Shown one piece after another: positions 1 through 12,810 of a stretch of 39,303 bases of DNA. The position numbers and the translations under genes were made by a program. The stretch spans positions 1,119,057 through 1,158,359 of the forward strand of contig NW_014577087.1 in the NCBI RefSeq assembly GCF_000485595.1. The letters are read 5' to 3'. Every line of letters starts with the position of its first letter. Position 1 is the first letter of the stretch. The notes under the pieces were generated by a model that did no database searches, was not told the DNA's origin, and saw only the letters and a list, made by a program, of their open reading frames with translations. The DNA is from Priapulus caudatus (taxonomy: Eukaryota).

Positions 1-181
1 GTGAATCTGCTTGTATCTACACACGAGGGGCAGTCCGCGTGAATCTGCTTGTATCTACACACGAGGGGCAGTCCGCGTGAATCTGCTTGTATCTACACAC
101 GAGGGGCAGTCCGCGTGAATCTGCTTGTATCTACACACGAGGGGCAGTCCGCGTGAATCTGCTTGTATCTAAACACGAGGG
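1..181. repeat. 38-bp tandem minisatellite, ~4.8 near-identical copies (runs off window start)
   Basis: Unit gtgaatctgcttgtatctacacacgaggggcagtccgc starts at 1, 39, 77, 115 and 153. Confidence 0.95.
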
Positions 182-569
182 TATAGGCTTCGTTCGGCAT
201 GTTAACCAGATTAGGGTGCTGTTATTCGTTTTTGCGCAGACGATAATCTGCAATTATACAGTTGCGATACACCTCGCTCGCTAAACTCCCCCCCCCCTCC
301 CTACGCGCGAGGAGAGCCGACGAACGCTGAGACAATTCACTTGTTCACTTGCGTTCTATCTAGCGCATGTATAACGTGTCAAAACACATGAGGTTGACAC
401 GTTGAAACACAAATGATTAACGTGTTTAAACACGTTTGGTTAGCGAGTTTAGACACACGTGCCTAACGCGTTCAAACATTGTGATTTCCGTGTTTAAACA
501 CGCGTATTGCACGTGTTTAAACACATATTATAATACACGATAACGTATTATACACGTTTAAAATAGTGT

Positions 570-850
570 AACTGATCAATGATTAACGTCTGTTTATAAC
601 ACGCGCGTTTAAAGTCTTCTAACTGATCAACGAACAGCGTCCTTCCATAACACGTGCGTTTAACGTGTTCTAACTGATCAACGAATAACGTCTTTCTATA
701 ACACGCGCGTTTAACGTGTTCTTACTGATCAACGAATAACGTTTTCCTATAACACGCGCGTTCAACGTGTTTTAACTGATCAACAAATACCGTCTTTCTA
801 TAATATAACACAACACGCGTGTTTAAGCTCTAACTAATCAACGAATGACG
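570..850. repeat. 51-bp tandem minisatellite, ~5.5 diverged copies
   Basis: The actgatcaa anchor recurs at 571, 622, 673, 724 and 775, with a variant at 833. Consensus is approximately actgatcaacgaataacgtctttctataacacgcgcgtttaacgtgttcta. Confidence 0.9.
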
Positions 851-855
851 TAAGG

Positions 856-954
856 CAGCAGCAGCAACAGCAGCAGCAACAGCAGCAACAGCAGCAGCAA
901 CAGCAGCAACAGCAGCAGCAACAGCAGCAGCAACAGCAGCAACAGCAGCAACAG

Positions 955-986
<32 letters not shown>

Positions 987-1041
987 ACAGCAGCAACAAC
1001 AGCAACAGCAGCAGCAACAACAGCAGCAACAGCAGCAGCAG

Positions 1042-1079
<38 letters not shown>

Positions 1080-1113
1080 AAAACAGCAGCAACAACAGCA
1101 GCAACAGCAGCAG
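856..1113. repeat. (CAG/CAA)n trinucleotide repeat, ~86 units
   Basis: Seen directly; one AAA interruption near 1081. Confidence 0.97.
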
Positions 1114-1264
1114 ACGGAAGCGCTGTAATGAAACAATGTTCATCACCGCATCATTAATAGATACCCTCATTATTATCGGAGAAGCCGATGAGTTTTTTTC
1201 CGGAGCCATTCAGAGCGGCATAATAATGAGGACGTGGACTCAATGCGTCTGAAGAGTAGAGTAA

Positions 1265-1381
<117 letters not shown>

Positions 1382-1824
1382 GTTACCACCCTATTCGCGC
1401 CAGACAATCCTTTTCTCTCCGTAACCACTCACCCCTCATCAATTCGCGCGCGCATAACCAGGGACCACACTCACACCTCCGCTACCACCTTCCGCCGCTA
1501 CATCCGAATCGTACCTTCTCCTCGGGCAGAACCTCACTCGTGTCGCAACGTGTCCTCTCTTTTGCATAAGCAGCATTTATTAGTGAGACTCGCCGCCTCT
1601 CCCCTATCCTATAATCCCATCGACACCCTATAATCCCCTCGACACCACCACCTTCCCCCATCTTCTTCTCTCCTGCGCCTCTCCCTCCCTCTTCCCTGCA
1701 ATCCCCAATTCTCTCCCCTCCTATCCCCCCTTCCACCGTTTTCGCGTCCGCACGTCGCATGCTTCTTTACGCGGCTTCTTTCGCGTTGGATAACTATCGA
1801 TAGTGTGATTCGTCTGCGGCGAAA

Positions 1825-2102
1825 GGAGAGCGGTAGAGATAGCGGAATAAGAGAAGAGGAGAGGAAGGGCGCGAGTGATGAAAAGACAGAGAGAACGCGT
1901 GATACAGAGAGAGACCGGGAGAAGAGTGAGAGAGAGCGCGCATGCGTGCGAGAGAGGAGGAGAGGAACATAGAGGGGAGAGAGAGAGAGGGGAAAGAGAA
2001 GGAGAAAGCGAGAGCGAGAGAGAGAGCGAGAGAGAGAGAGGGGAAGAGAGAGGGGGAGGGCGAGAGGGAGCGAGAGAGAAAGAGAGAGAGGCGGAGAGCG
2101 AG

Positions 2103-2140
<38 letters not shown>

Positions 2141-2255
2141 TGCGCATGCGTGCGACCATGGAAGAGAAGAAGAGCGCAAGAAAGAGCGACAGGGAGGGCG
2201 AACGCAAGAGAGAGCGAGAGAGAGGGAGAGAGAGAGAGAGAGCGCGCGCGAGAGC
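1825..2255. repeat. Degenerate (GA)n purine tract
   Basis: Seen directly. Confidence 0.9.
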
Positions 2256-2550
2256 GTCTGCGTCGTGGTTACGCATGCAGGCGGCGTGTCGGCGCACGCG
2301 TGCCTGCAGCGAGCAGATACGCCGGCCCCGCGGCTAGATGCACGTATTAATGCCGCACCGCCTATAATAGTTTTATTCTTCCGCGCACAAACGGCGCGAA
2401 ATTGTCTGGTTTATACGTGCATGGCTGCCGGCAGCGCGGAGCCTGAGTGGGATATTGTACACGTCGAGTAGCTACTCGCACTCGCGCGAGCTGATCTGTA
2501 TATTAGTTTGCTGGCTGCGTCTCGCGCTACGAGAGGAGAGGAGAGGAGCA

Positions 2551-2585
2551 TATAAAAGCCGCGTGCGCGCAGTGGAACTCACGCA
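2551..2585 (+). promoter_or_regulatory. Possible Pol II core promoter (TATA box and pyrimidine-purine start)
   Basis: TATAAAAG at 2551-2558 with GC-rich flanks, and ctc-A at 2581, 30 nt downstream. Motif only; no linked exon identified. Confidence 0.2.
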
Positions 2586-3619
2586 CGCACGCACGCACGC
2601 ACGCATACACGCACGCACACGCATACACGCACACACGCACGCACTGACACCCAGCACATTTACAGTTTCATATCCACAAAATGAGAGAGAGAGTGAGAGA
2701 AAGAGAAAGAGATATAATAGAGAGAAAATATAAATATATAGAACGAAATATATAGAGAGTAATAGGAAAAGATATAGATAGAGAAAGAAAAAGTTAGGGG
2801 GGAAATGATGGCGAGAACAACTAGGAATATATATATAGCAAGAAAAATATAAAAAAACAAAGATAACGAGGAAGAGCGAGAGAAATGAGATTGTTGCGAG
2901 CATGTTAACCGAGAAGCGAGGAGGGCTCAACGTCCTTCCAATCCTAGTTGCTCTCTGCTGTCATATCTCTTACACCTACACAGTAAAAACAAAGGCGCTT
3001 GTCTTGCATTCCCCGACATGTACCGCAATCAGCCTCGGCTTCTACATCAAGCAACACACCAACTTCGATTTGATCAATTGTAGCATGAACATTTTGCCAC
3101 CGGCGGATCCCCGCCGTTTCTACGGCAGCCAATTATGTTTAGATTTGATCCAAACGACAGAATGCGCGTCCTCGCCGCCTGAATACGAATCAGAGATCCA
3201 ATATTCGCGTGATTGTTACGTGCGGAGTTAGCGCTCTATTCACATCCGTTCATAAACCGCGGAAATACGGCCACTAAAAGGCGCGCATTGTGCGAAGGAT
3301 TGAAAAGACGAACATTCGGCGGCGGCTAACCTAAGGTTTAGCAGAAAGTTACAGAAATCTCGTTCGAAGCACGACGTCCGATGATATGAAAGCCGTGCGA
3401 GAATCGGGAAGAGTATGAGATGAATAGACACGCAATATATACCCATCGTCGGTTACAGACGCCCAAGTTATCAATCAGCAAGAAATGATGAGCTGCGCGC
3501 ATTCAAATAGGATTTATATGTAATGTATAGGGTTGGGATCGCGCGACTCTCGCCCTCTCCCCGTCTCTGGCGCCCTATATAACTCTCTCGCTCTCATTAT
3601 CTATTTTGTACTCTGTCTG

Positions 3620-3623
<4 letters not shown>

Positions 3624-3691
<68 letters not shown>

Positions 3692-4490
3692 CTTTTCTCT
3701 CTTTTTCTCTCTCAATCTCTTTATCTATCTCTCTGCCGCTTTCTTTCTCGGTATCATTGTCTCTTTTTGGTGGTTAGAAATGACAAATTTGAAATGAGAG
3801 ACATAAGAGACAGCGTGATGTACATATTAACGTTTGAGATATATGCATTAAGAAATAAGATGCATAATATCTTTCAATCACATCTACCCAAAAGTGTTTT
3901 TGTAGGTTACTTAAATTTTTTACATTTCTTGCCGCACACACGCACGCACACACCCACGCACGCACGCACGCACGCATGCACGCCCGCACACACGCGCGCA
4001 AACACAGGCAGACAGATGGCTAAGGGACCCAACCTGTGCTGAACGTATTGTATCATATTGAATGCCGTTTGAGAGCAAGAGATAGAGGCAGGCGGAGAAT
4101 GAAAGTAGAGAGTGAGCGGAAAGAGCAGGCAGTGTGAATGTAAGAGATAGGGGTAGCGCGAGGGGAGAGAGAGCGCGTGAGAGAGAACGGGAGAATGCGA
4201 GAGAGAACGAGAGAAAGAGAGAGGGAGAGAGCGCGCGAGAGAGAAAGAAAGAGCGAGCGCGCGCGTGAGAGAGAGAGAGATGGACAGAGAAAGAGAAAGA
4301 GAAAGAGATAGACAGCACGCGAGGGACAAGCAGAGAGAGAGAGAGAGAGAGCGCGCGAGAGAGAGATGGAGAGAGAATGAGAAAGAGATAGACAGCGCGC
4401 GAGGGACAGGCAGAGAGAGAGAGAGAGCGCGAGAGAGAGAGAGCGAGAGAGAGAGAGAGCGAGAGAGAGAGAGAGCGAGAGAGATATATA
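3624..4490. repeat. Microsatellite cluster: (CT)n 3624-3735, (ACGC)n ~3935-4000, degenerate (GA)n 4070-4490
   Basis: Seen directly. Confidence 0.9.
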
Positions 4491-4749
4491 TCTAGTGATC
4501 TATATTATATAATATATATATATATTATAACTACATCTGAACTTGCTACGAAATATTCACGATAGTGGCACGATCAGCTTGTAACGTTATGTCCTATAAT
4601 CAGTGGTACTATTGAACGGCCTCGCCGGTAATGCGAAGTAACTATCGTAAACAACACACGCAAGGATATGTTGTGTAAGCTACCATGACTACTCGCAGGC
4701 AAATGGGCACTGCTCACATGACTAGCGAAAACTAGTTCGGCACATCGTG

Positions 4750-5130
4750 CAGAAATGCGAGTCAGTGTCTCTGATCGCAAAACCGCAGCAATTTACCCGT
4801 GATTTCTTTTAACCAGTATCCTCGCTTACATAGAGTGTTATATAATTGGCAAGTGCTTTCCGTGATATCCTTTGTTCGCGAACAGCGCTGGCGAACTGTT
4901 AAAGAATGCTCATGTCAAGACCTCGTCATCTCATTTGAGCGGCACCTAACACGCAGTGATATTCCCGCGACAGCGAAAACCATTCATTCCGCGCCTCAGA
5001 ACATCAAATGCGAGTCGAGTTTGCCCGCATAAGTGTATAGCGTTTAGCCCGGTAAAACTCTCCCTCCCGCCCAAGCCCCTCCCCCCAAAGCCGAAATACT
5101 GCGTGAATCTAATTCAGATAATTGCAGCTC
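4750..5130 (+). repeat. Left arm of small inverted duplication (partner ~7780-8215)
   Basis: Shared segments include gcaagtgctttccgtgatatcctttgt vs acaaaggctatcacggaaagcacttgc, cgagtcgagtttgc vs gcaaactcgactcg, and ccccccaaagccgaaa vs tttcggctttgggggg. Confidence 0.85.
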
Positions 5131-6087
5131 TCTCTCTCTCTCTCTCTCTCCCTCTATCTCTCTCTCTCCTCTCGTCTCTCTCGCATCTCTCTCTCTCCTC
5201 TCGCTTCTCGTCCTCGCGCTCTTCTCTCTCTCTCCTCCATCTCTCTCTCTCTTTCTCTCTTTCTCCTCTCTCGTCTCATCGCTTTCTCTCTCTCCACCCC
5301 CTCTCTCTCCTGCTCTTGTCCTCACTTCTCTCTCTCTCTCCTCTCTGCCTCGCGCCGTCTTTCTCTTTCTTCCTCTCTCTCCTCTCTCCTCTCTCATCTC
5401 GTGTTCTTCTCTCTTTCCTCTATCTCTTCGTCTTCCCGTCGGTCTCTCTCTCTTTGCTCTCATCCTCTCTCTCGCTTCTCGCTCGCTTCCGCTCGTCTCT
5501 CTCTTCCCCCGCCCTTCTGCTCTCGTCCTCGCTCTCTCGCGTCTCTTCTCGTCTCGTCTCTCCTCGCGCAGGACTTCGGGGGATACAAGGCAGCCGTGTC
5601 CAGATCACTTCTCCACTCGCATCTCTCTGTTCTCTGCTCCTCCTTCGGCTCGTCCTCCTTCACTCTCTCTCTCTCTCCTCTCCTCTCGTCTCTCACTCCT
5701 CGAAACATCTGCGACTTAGCGCCGCGATTTCGCCGATGTTTAACGCGCGACGCTGAAAACGCGTGTGTAGCGCTGTTATGTAACGGAATCAAATTAGCAG
5801 GACTTTCAAGTATCCGCGAAATTGAATCCTCGTCTGCGCGTCGCAGTGACGAATATTGGCACTTCTCTCTTACTCTCTCTCGCTCTCCTCTCTCAATCTC
5901 ACTCCTCGTCCCATCTCCCTCTCTCTCTCATCTTTCTCTCCTTCTTTTCTCTCTCTCTCTCTCTCGTCTCTCGTCTCTCCTCCTCCTCCTCTATCTATCT
6001 ATCTCGTCTCCGTCCTCCTCGCTCTCTCTCTCTCCTCCTCGCTTCTCGTCGTCGCTCTCCTCGAATCTCTCCCTCCTTGTCTCTCTC
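5127..6087. repeat. Degenerate (CT)n pyrimidine tract up to the gap
   Basis: Seen directly, with short non-repetitive islands. Confidence 0.9.
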
Positions 6088-6112
6088 NNNNNNNNNNNNN
6101 NNNNNNNNNNNN
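6088..6112. other. Assembly gap (25 N)
   Basis: Run of N. Confidence 1.
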
Positions 6113-7779
6113 AGAGATGAGAGACAGAGAGAGAGAGAAAGAGTGAGAGTGTGAGAGAGAGAAAAAGAGAGCTTTGCACGGCGCGCGCAGCGGACAAAAG
6201 ACGAACAGAAAGGCGCGCGCGGTAGAGTTACACGCCGACGTCATCAGGCGAATTGGGCGTGGCAACTCACGTGACGGCAGCAGCGGCGGCACGGGGAATC
6301 GCCACGACGAAGCAATCATATCGCTGGAACCATCAGCCAAACCAGTGGCCATTGGCAGCGCCGTGAGATGCCGCCGCGCCTCGCAGATCATAACGCTATT
6401 CGGGATGGATATATCTCAAAAGGCGGAGCTCTGGGTCGCAGCAGAGTGAGTATCTGCGGGCGGGCATATTCTCGCTTCCGGCGCAAGCGCCGTTATCTGT
6501 CTCGATTGAATATTAAAGCGGAAAACTGGACACATGCGAGCAGTTTTAATGGCCGTTGTACGCCTCTCTTGCTGTTATTACCGTCTCGGCGCGCCTGTTA
6601 ATTGCGTCAGCGCCCTTCATTGGCGTGCTGCTGATGCGTTTTCAAAGGAAGCCGCACCGTTTGTATCCGCCGCAATGCTAATGTATCAATCAGAAAATGT
6701 TGATTAAAATTCTGTGGCGATAAGCACCGGCGGCAATGTAACGGTGAACTTGATTGGCGCGAATTCGATCAAGCGCGTCTCATGCATATATACGGCGCGA
6801 TAGCGGGAGGTGGCGGCGCGGGGCGGCTGCGGCGGCGGCGGACGGCGGCCGGCGGCGGCAGCGCGCGACGTGTCTGCGTCATTATGTACAATGGCGCGTG
6901 GTATTGTGTAATTGCACGCCCATTATTGTTATCTCGTCGCGCTCACAGTCGCCTTGCTCTCGGCTTCTCCCTCTGTTTCTCCAAGACAGGGAGAGAGTCG
7001 ATGGAGATTGAGAGCGAGAAGAGAGAGAGAGGAAGAGCAGCCGAGAGGGAGAGAGAAGAAGAGAGAGAAGAAAGAGCGATGGGGAGGAGAGAGCGAGTGC
7101 GGGAGGGAATGGAGCGAGGAGGTGGCTGAGAAAGACGTGGTCAGTAATTAAACAGATCGAGTGACGGGCAATTAATAGTCGGCATTGGTGACGGAGCGGA
7201 GAAGATAATATGGCAAGCAGTTACGGGTTGATGATTGAGTAGCAAAGATTGGCTGCCCCGTCTGATCGCCACCATCTTTCGATCCTATTGTCCGGCGAAA
7301 AAGTCGCCACGGTGTTCTCTAACTAACGGGGTTTCACCGATCGGACGTCTGGATAATAATCGCTCGCGCCCCCGCACCGGACGATAATTTAAAATCTGTT
7401 TGCCTCCGTATACGAGAGAGCCTACTTGCGCCGGTTCGAGTTTACGTTAATCCAATTACTATGCTCTCGCGCAACGTTAACCGGACTGATCAAAACCACA
7501 TGCGGGAAAATCTCTGGAGACAGACATGGACTGCTCTCGCTCTCGCTCGTCGCTCCGCTCGCCTCTTCCAGCGGGCGCGCGCAAATCCACTGTATTGAAG
7601 TGAGGAGAGAGAGAAACGAGGGGAAGGGAGGATGAGGAGACGAGGGAGAAGAGAGAGAGAGAGGATTTAGTACAGGAGACGAGAGAGAGCAGGAACGCAA
7701 GGAGATGTAGCAGGCGAGAGGAGAAGAAAGAGAAGGAGAGTGAGGAAGCACCTCCCGTACAAGAGAATGTATGATGAGA

Positions 7780-8215
7780 TTGAGTTGCCAAGTTATCTGA
7801 ACTTCCAGCATTCCAGATGGAGTCATATATTTTCGGCTTTGGGGGGAGGGGGCTTTTGGGGGGAGGGGGAAGTTGACCCGCGCTAACGCTTACACTTACT
7901 GCGCAAACTCGACTCGGTATTGATGGTTCTATGCGTGTGGATGGAATGGTTTTTTCAGCTGGTCGCGGGATATCCCATCTGCGTGCAGCGTTGCCGCAAT
8001 GAGCTGACGAGGTTTCTGGGATTGCTTTAACCGTTAGTTCGCTCGCTCGCGCGCGCGTTCCCGCGGGGGACAAAGGCTATCACGGAAAGCACTTGCAAGT
8101 AGTATACCACTCTGATTGTGTACGCAGACGCCCCTCTAGGCTAGGCTCCCTTAAAGAAATCACGTTAAATAGGGCGCGGCGGTTTGCGAGTATCCGAGAC
8201 CAATTGACATTGCAT
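7780..8215 (-). repeat. Right arm of small inverted duplication (partner ~4750-5130)
   Basis: Reverse-complement match as above, with many indels. Confidence 0.85.
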
Positions 8216-9359
8216 ATGGCTGCTCACCGATAGTCTGGAACAACTGGGGTTGTGCGCGCTGCTTCTAAGCTTCATAACCCAAATTGGATTTGGTTAGGCC
8301 AGTGGCATTTTTGTTTGCGCGTGATAAGGGATCGCTGTAAGACCGGGGGGGTTCTTTGGTGTGCTCAACTGATACCTCTGGCCCCCAGAGTTTTTTTGAA
8401 ATTAGATCCCCCTCAGATTGCGTTCTGTTGTGGATTTGTTTAACGTTTAGCGTGTCGAGACTTAGCCGGCAGGTGGGTCCCGGGACGCCCGGCTGGTGTG
8501 TCCTCCCACGCTCCCATCTGTACACGCTTATACCTGCAATACCCTCACTCAGTTCTACACCAGCTGACCCACACTCATACACACGATCGCACAACAATCA
8601 TACACTTTTTTTTACGTCAGCACAAGTTATTAATCACACCTACACTTCATGGCATTTGGTTTGTTTGATGATTAGTTGATTACGAAGTAAGCTAGTATCC
8701 ACATTGCAGTCATAAAATCAAGAAAACAAAAAGCAGAAACAATTATTTTGGTGTTGAGGTTGATCACAAATCAAATTGGTCGGTTAATTATTGTTGCGTC
8801 CAGTCAATATCAGGAGTTATCAATTACTTTCATATATATATATGCGTGTTTTATATATCAATCCATATTCTGCAATAAAAAAAGTTACATTATTAAACCC
8901 GTATGCTCAGTTTACTCAGTGTCCTTCTTGTGCGTGAATATTAGCTCGTGTTCCCAGCTTAATCGCTTGATCAGTGTTTAATGTGAGTGCAATCTCCTAA
9001 ACTTATCATAAACTACTTTCTCTTGATGATTGTCTGCCGCATAATGAATTATTTAATATAAGAAAAAAAACGTTGTTAAAAAGTTAACTGAGTTACCTAA
9101 ATTTATTCAAGACACATTTTCTTTAAAGTTGTGCATTGATCATTATTACGCTCTCAAATTGCACTTGAATAACATGAAAGCGAGATGCGCAAAAAAAAGA
9201 GGGAAAGAAGGCATCGTTGACGCACTATCACCACCATAAAAAGGTTCTTCCTTCACAACACACACAAACACCACACCACACACACACACACACACACACA
9301 ACACACACACACACACAACACACACCACACAACTTACATACAAAATCATGGTGATCCAA

Positions 9360-9447
9360 AATCTGTGGGGGGGACATTGATTATGATGCCCCTCTGAAAA
9401 TTCTTGGGGGACATGTCCCTGTCCCCCCTGGGATTTGACCGCCCCTG
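9360..9447 (-). mobile_element. Possible terminus of a non-autonomous DNA transposon (MITE-like)
   Basis: The minus strand reads CAGGGGCGGtcaaatcccaggggggacagggacatgtccccc, with palindrome gggacatgtccc at 9408-9419. This resembles the GC-rich termini common in animal short DNA elements. The other end and TSD were not found. Confidence 0.35.
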
Positions 9448-9609
9448 CGCTCTCTCTCTTCTCTCTCTCTCTCTCCTCTCTGCTATCTCTCACTCTCTCT
9501 GTCTCTCGCTCTCTCTTTGTTTCTCCTTTCTCCTCTCTTTCTACGTATTTTGACTTGCTACTTACCGCCTTTATCTTTAACCGTCATAATATTAAGCTCT
9601 CTGATGGTG

Positions 9610-9797
9610 GTGTGTGCTGTGTGTTGTGTTGTATGTGTGTGTGTGTGGCTGCGGCTGCGTTGCGTGCGACTGGGTGCGTGCGTGCGTGTGTGCCAGTGCG
9701 TGGTGTCAGATGCGTGGCGCGGTGGTGTGCGTGCGTGCCTTGTTGCGTGCATCGAGCGCGCGTGCGTGGGTGCGTGTGGCGTGCGTTTGCGGTGACG

Positions 9798-9844
<47 letters not shown>

Positions 9845-9936
9845 ATGAGTGAGTGCATAGAAGTGCGTGGTAGTGTGACTGTGCGTTCGCGCGCGCCGCC
9901 GCGCGCGCGCGTCGGTCCCGCATGTTGGTGTGAGTG

Positions 9937-9971
<35 letters not shown>

Positions 9972-9993
9972 GTGTGTGTGTGTGTGTGTGTGT
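9610..9993. repeat. (GTGC)n/(GT)n microsatellite cluster
   Basis: Seen directly. Confidence 0.93.
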
Positions 9994-11890
9994 GATCTGT
10001 GCATATGCGTTTAGATAGGGGCCGACACCGAGCTTGCCCTGATGATTCATGATTCATGATCCAGAATTGTCTCTCTCCCCATCTCTCCCATCTCTCTCCA
10101 TATCTCTCCCTCCATCGTTTCTCAATGTTCATTCTTTCTCTTCATCTCTTCACTCACTCGTCTTATCTCTGTTCTTTATACTCTCTCGCTCTCTTTCTTT
10201 CTCTCTCGTCTCTCCGCCATCCGGACCTGCGGCCACCGTGTCCGACTGGCCTGCGCCTTTACTGTCTACATTTCGCTGTTGCTTCCCGCCTGGCCTGCCT
10301 GCCCCGTCTACCTTTCTTACCTGTGTTACACTACCCGGCTGCCGGCCTGCCCGCCTGCCCTGCAGTGCCCGCCTGTGCCTGCCTGCTCTGCTCCTGCTCT
10401 TGCTGCCTACCAGTCTCCTATCTTGCTTACCCGACTGGCTAACCTGTCGTACCTATCTACCTATCTGCCTTACCCGACGTTGCCTACGTGTCTACCTATC
10501 TACCCTATCTGCTTTACCCGACTGCCTTGTCCTGTCTACATATCTACCTATCGCCTACCCGGCTGCCCGCCTGCCCGCCTGCCCGCCTGCCGTACTGCCT
10601 GCTTGATATACGGGGACAAGCCGGCATGGTCGTGGTTTCAATATCCAGCTGACACTGCGCGAAAACCGCCGTCTCCTCTCTCTCTCGTAATTTCTGCCGG
10701 CGAGTGAACACTCGGAATTTGGCAATTTTTGATGCCAATTTGCCACCCTATTGTGCTGAGGCCGTTTTATGATTACCGTTATTAAATTCGGACCGAGAGG
10801 CCTGCGTGAATCAGATACGTGATTTACGTATTTATAGGCACCATGCAGTCCTATAATTTCTTTTGCGCGCCAAACGCGGAGGCGACTATACGAACGCGAA
10901 GCTCGTAATCTTGCGGCACTTATTCGCGTGTTTTCGTTGATATAAATCCGCGCCGCGCACAGCCGGCGGCCGCACCCCGCACCGCTGAAATATGGGCGAA
11001 GACAGACTGCCTATATAATGGGGCTATAAAATCTAAACTAATATATCGATAGGGCGGTTAAAAGAACGATCATGTGTCACTAGTAGTCGATAGGAGTGCA
11101 ATTTGTGCCGGGATTCATGCACGCGCGGAGAGGGAGCAGTAGAATCAAACTCTCGGCGACATGTCTGCGTTAGATTTATCTGTGTAGCCCCTCAAATATT
11201 ATTTGTGACGTACGGTAAATTTTATTTGACTGTAACCGTAATATATTTGGAGCGACAGCTTAAATCTTATTTGGATGTAGGCACATTTCAATGGTTCTCA
11301 TTTTGACATACCGCACCATGAAAGGAGACCGCGACTTTATTCACGTACAAGATTCATTCCATAGGAACATGCAGACACGATGTGAGCATCTAGCCGCAGG
11401 TATTAGGCAATATGATATACGATATCATCGACAATACAGGCTGGGTAGATACGGCTGATCACCTCGTCTAATTTTTCTCACGTAGCGTTTGTCCGGCATC
11501 AGCGACGTGGTACGAACTACAGATTCCACTTTAGTTACTTATTATATACTTTGGACGCCAGCGTAGCATCGGTTGTTTTTCCAAATCGTAAGAAAGGGTT
11601 AAACACGAATATTCACCTATCGATTCACATTTAAAAACATCGGCTCCACGGTCGTCTTCGAAGTCATTACCGGAATGCGATCCGAATAGGAGGTCGCGCG
11701 CGTCGCACTTATCTGCTTCTTCAAATTCGAATCAATCTTGCAGGAGAGCAGTGCGGCGCCACGGTGCACGCGCCGGAAGTTTGGTCGGAGGACTGCCATT
11801 TCGTTATAATCCGGCCATGGAGAGCCGTCACTTCGCACGGATGGTAGACGGACTAGCTGCATGGCTGTCGCCGCGTCTTTCTGTCATGCG
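9940..11890 (-). repeat. Left arm of ~1.9 kb inverted duplication (partner 17397-19238)
   Basis: 11821-11890 is the reverse complement of 17397-17465. The match continues colinearly to tgtgatctgtgcatat (~9991-10006) vs atatgcacagatcaca (~19206-19221). Confidence 0.95.
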
Positions 11891-12360
11891 CTTGCCCTGA
11901 CAAACACTGGGTTACACCACGAACGGGTATGATGCGCCATGTGACGGTGTGCGCTTGCCCTGACAACACACTTTGTGTCGCCACCACGGCCGGGTGCCGC
12001 CCATGTCTTGAGGTGTGTAGGTCTCCCTGATACATCTACTGTGTACACAGAACGGGGTGCGCCATATTTGAGGTTGTGGGCTTCGCGTCCTGACAAACAC
12101 TGGGTTGCACCACGCACGGGGTGCGCCATGTTGAGGTGTGCGCTTGCCCTGACACACACTGTGTCACACCACGCACGGGGTGCGCCATGTTGAGGTGTGG
12201 GCTTGCCCTGACAAACACTGGGTCGCACCACGCACGGGGTGCGCCATGTTGAGGTGTGGGCTTGCCTGACAAAACACTGAAAGGATCGCAAAACGCACGG
12301 GGCTGCGCCGTTGATGTGTGGTTTGTCTGACAACAAACACTGTGTCGCACGCACGGAGTG
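11889..12360. repeat. ~59-bp GC-rich tandem minisatellite, ~8 copies
   Basis: Unit is approximately tgacaaacactgggttgcaccacgcacggggtgcgccatgttgaggtgtgggcttgccc, with starts at 12091, 12150 and 12209. A partial inverted unit lies at 17373-17391. Confidence 0.92.
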
Positions 12361-12515
12361 AAAGATGGCTGACACATGCGCGTACATCACAGTGAAGCAC
12401 GTACGCTGTGAGACAGACGTGACACACGGGGGTGGATAAAAAGAGGAAAGAGACATAGAAAGTTAGAGCGAGATACATTATACAGGCGTGGTAGATCTGG
12501 GGCGACAAAACGCAG

Positions 12516-12541
12516 AACACACACATCACACACACACACAC

Positions 12542-12576
<35 letters not shown>

Positions 12577-12747
12577 CGAGAGAGAGAAAAGAGAGAGAGA
12601 GAAGAGAGAGGAGCAGAGAGTTCGAGAGATGACGAGAGACAGACAGATGAGAGTGCGAGAGCGTCACTGATAACCAGTGAATGGGACACGTTGAGAGATT
12701 GAGATGATTGACAGAGTGAGAGATTGTGAGAGAGAGAGAGATGAGAA

Positions 12748-12780
<33 letters not shown>

Positions 12781-12810
12781 GAGAAGACGGAGAGAGAGAC
12801 GAGAGAGAAG
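12516..12810. repeat. (CA)n then degenerate (GA)n
   Basis: Seen directly. Confidence 0.9.

Noticed and set aside
2902..3231. 109-aa ORF downstream of the candidate TATA box
   Set aside because: No recognisable family, codon bias or splice support.
6392..6404. AAC GCT ATT (NAI) as the end of the missing VGAT exon
   Set aside because: It reads LADHNAIR rather than WNVTNAIQ, and has no GT donor.
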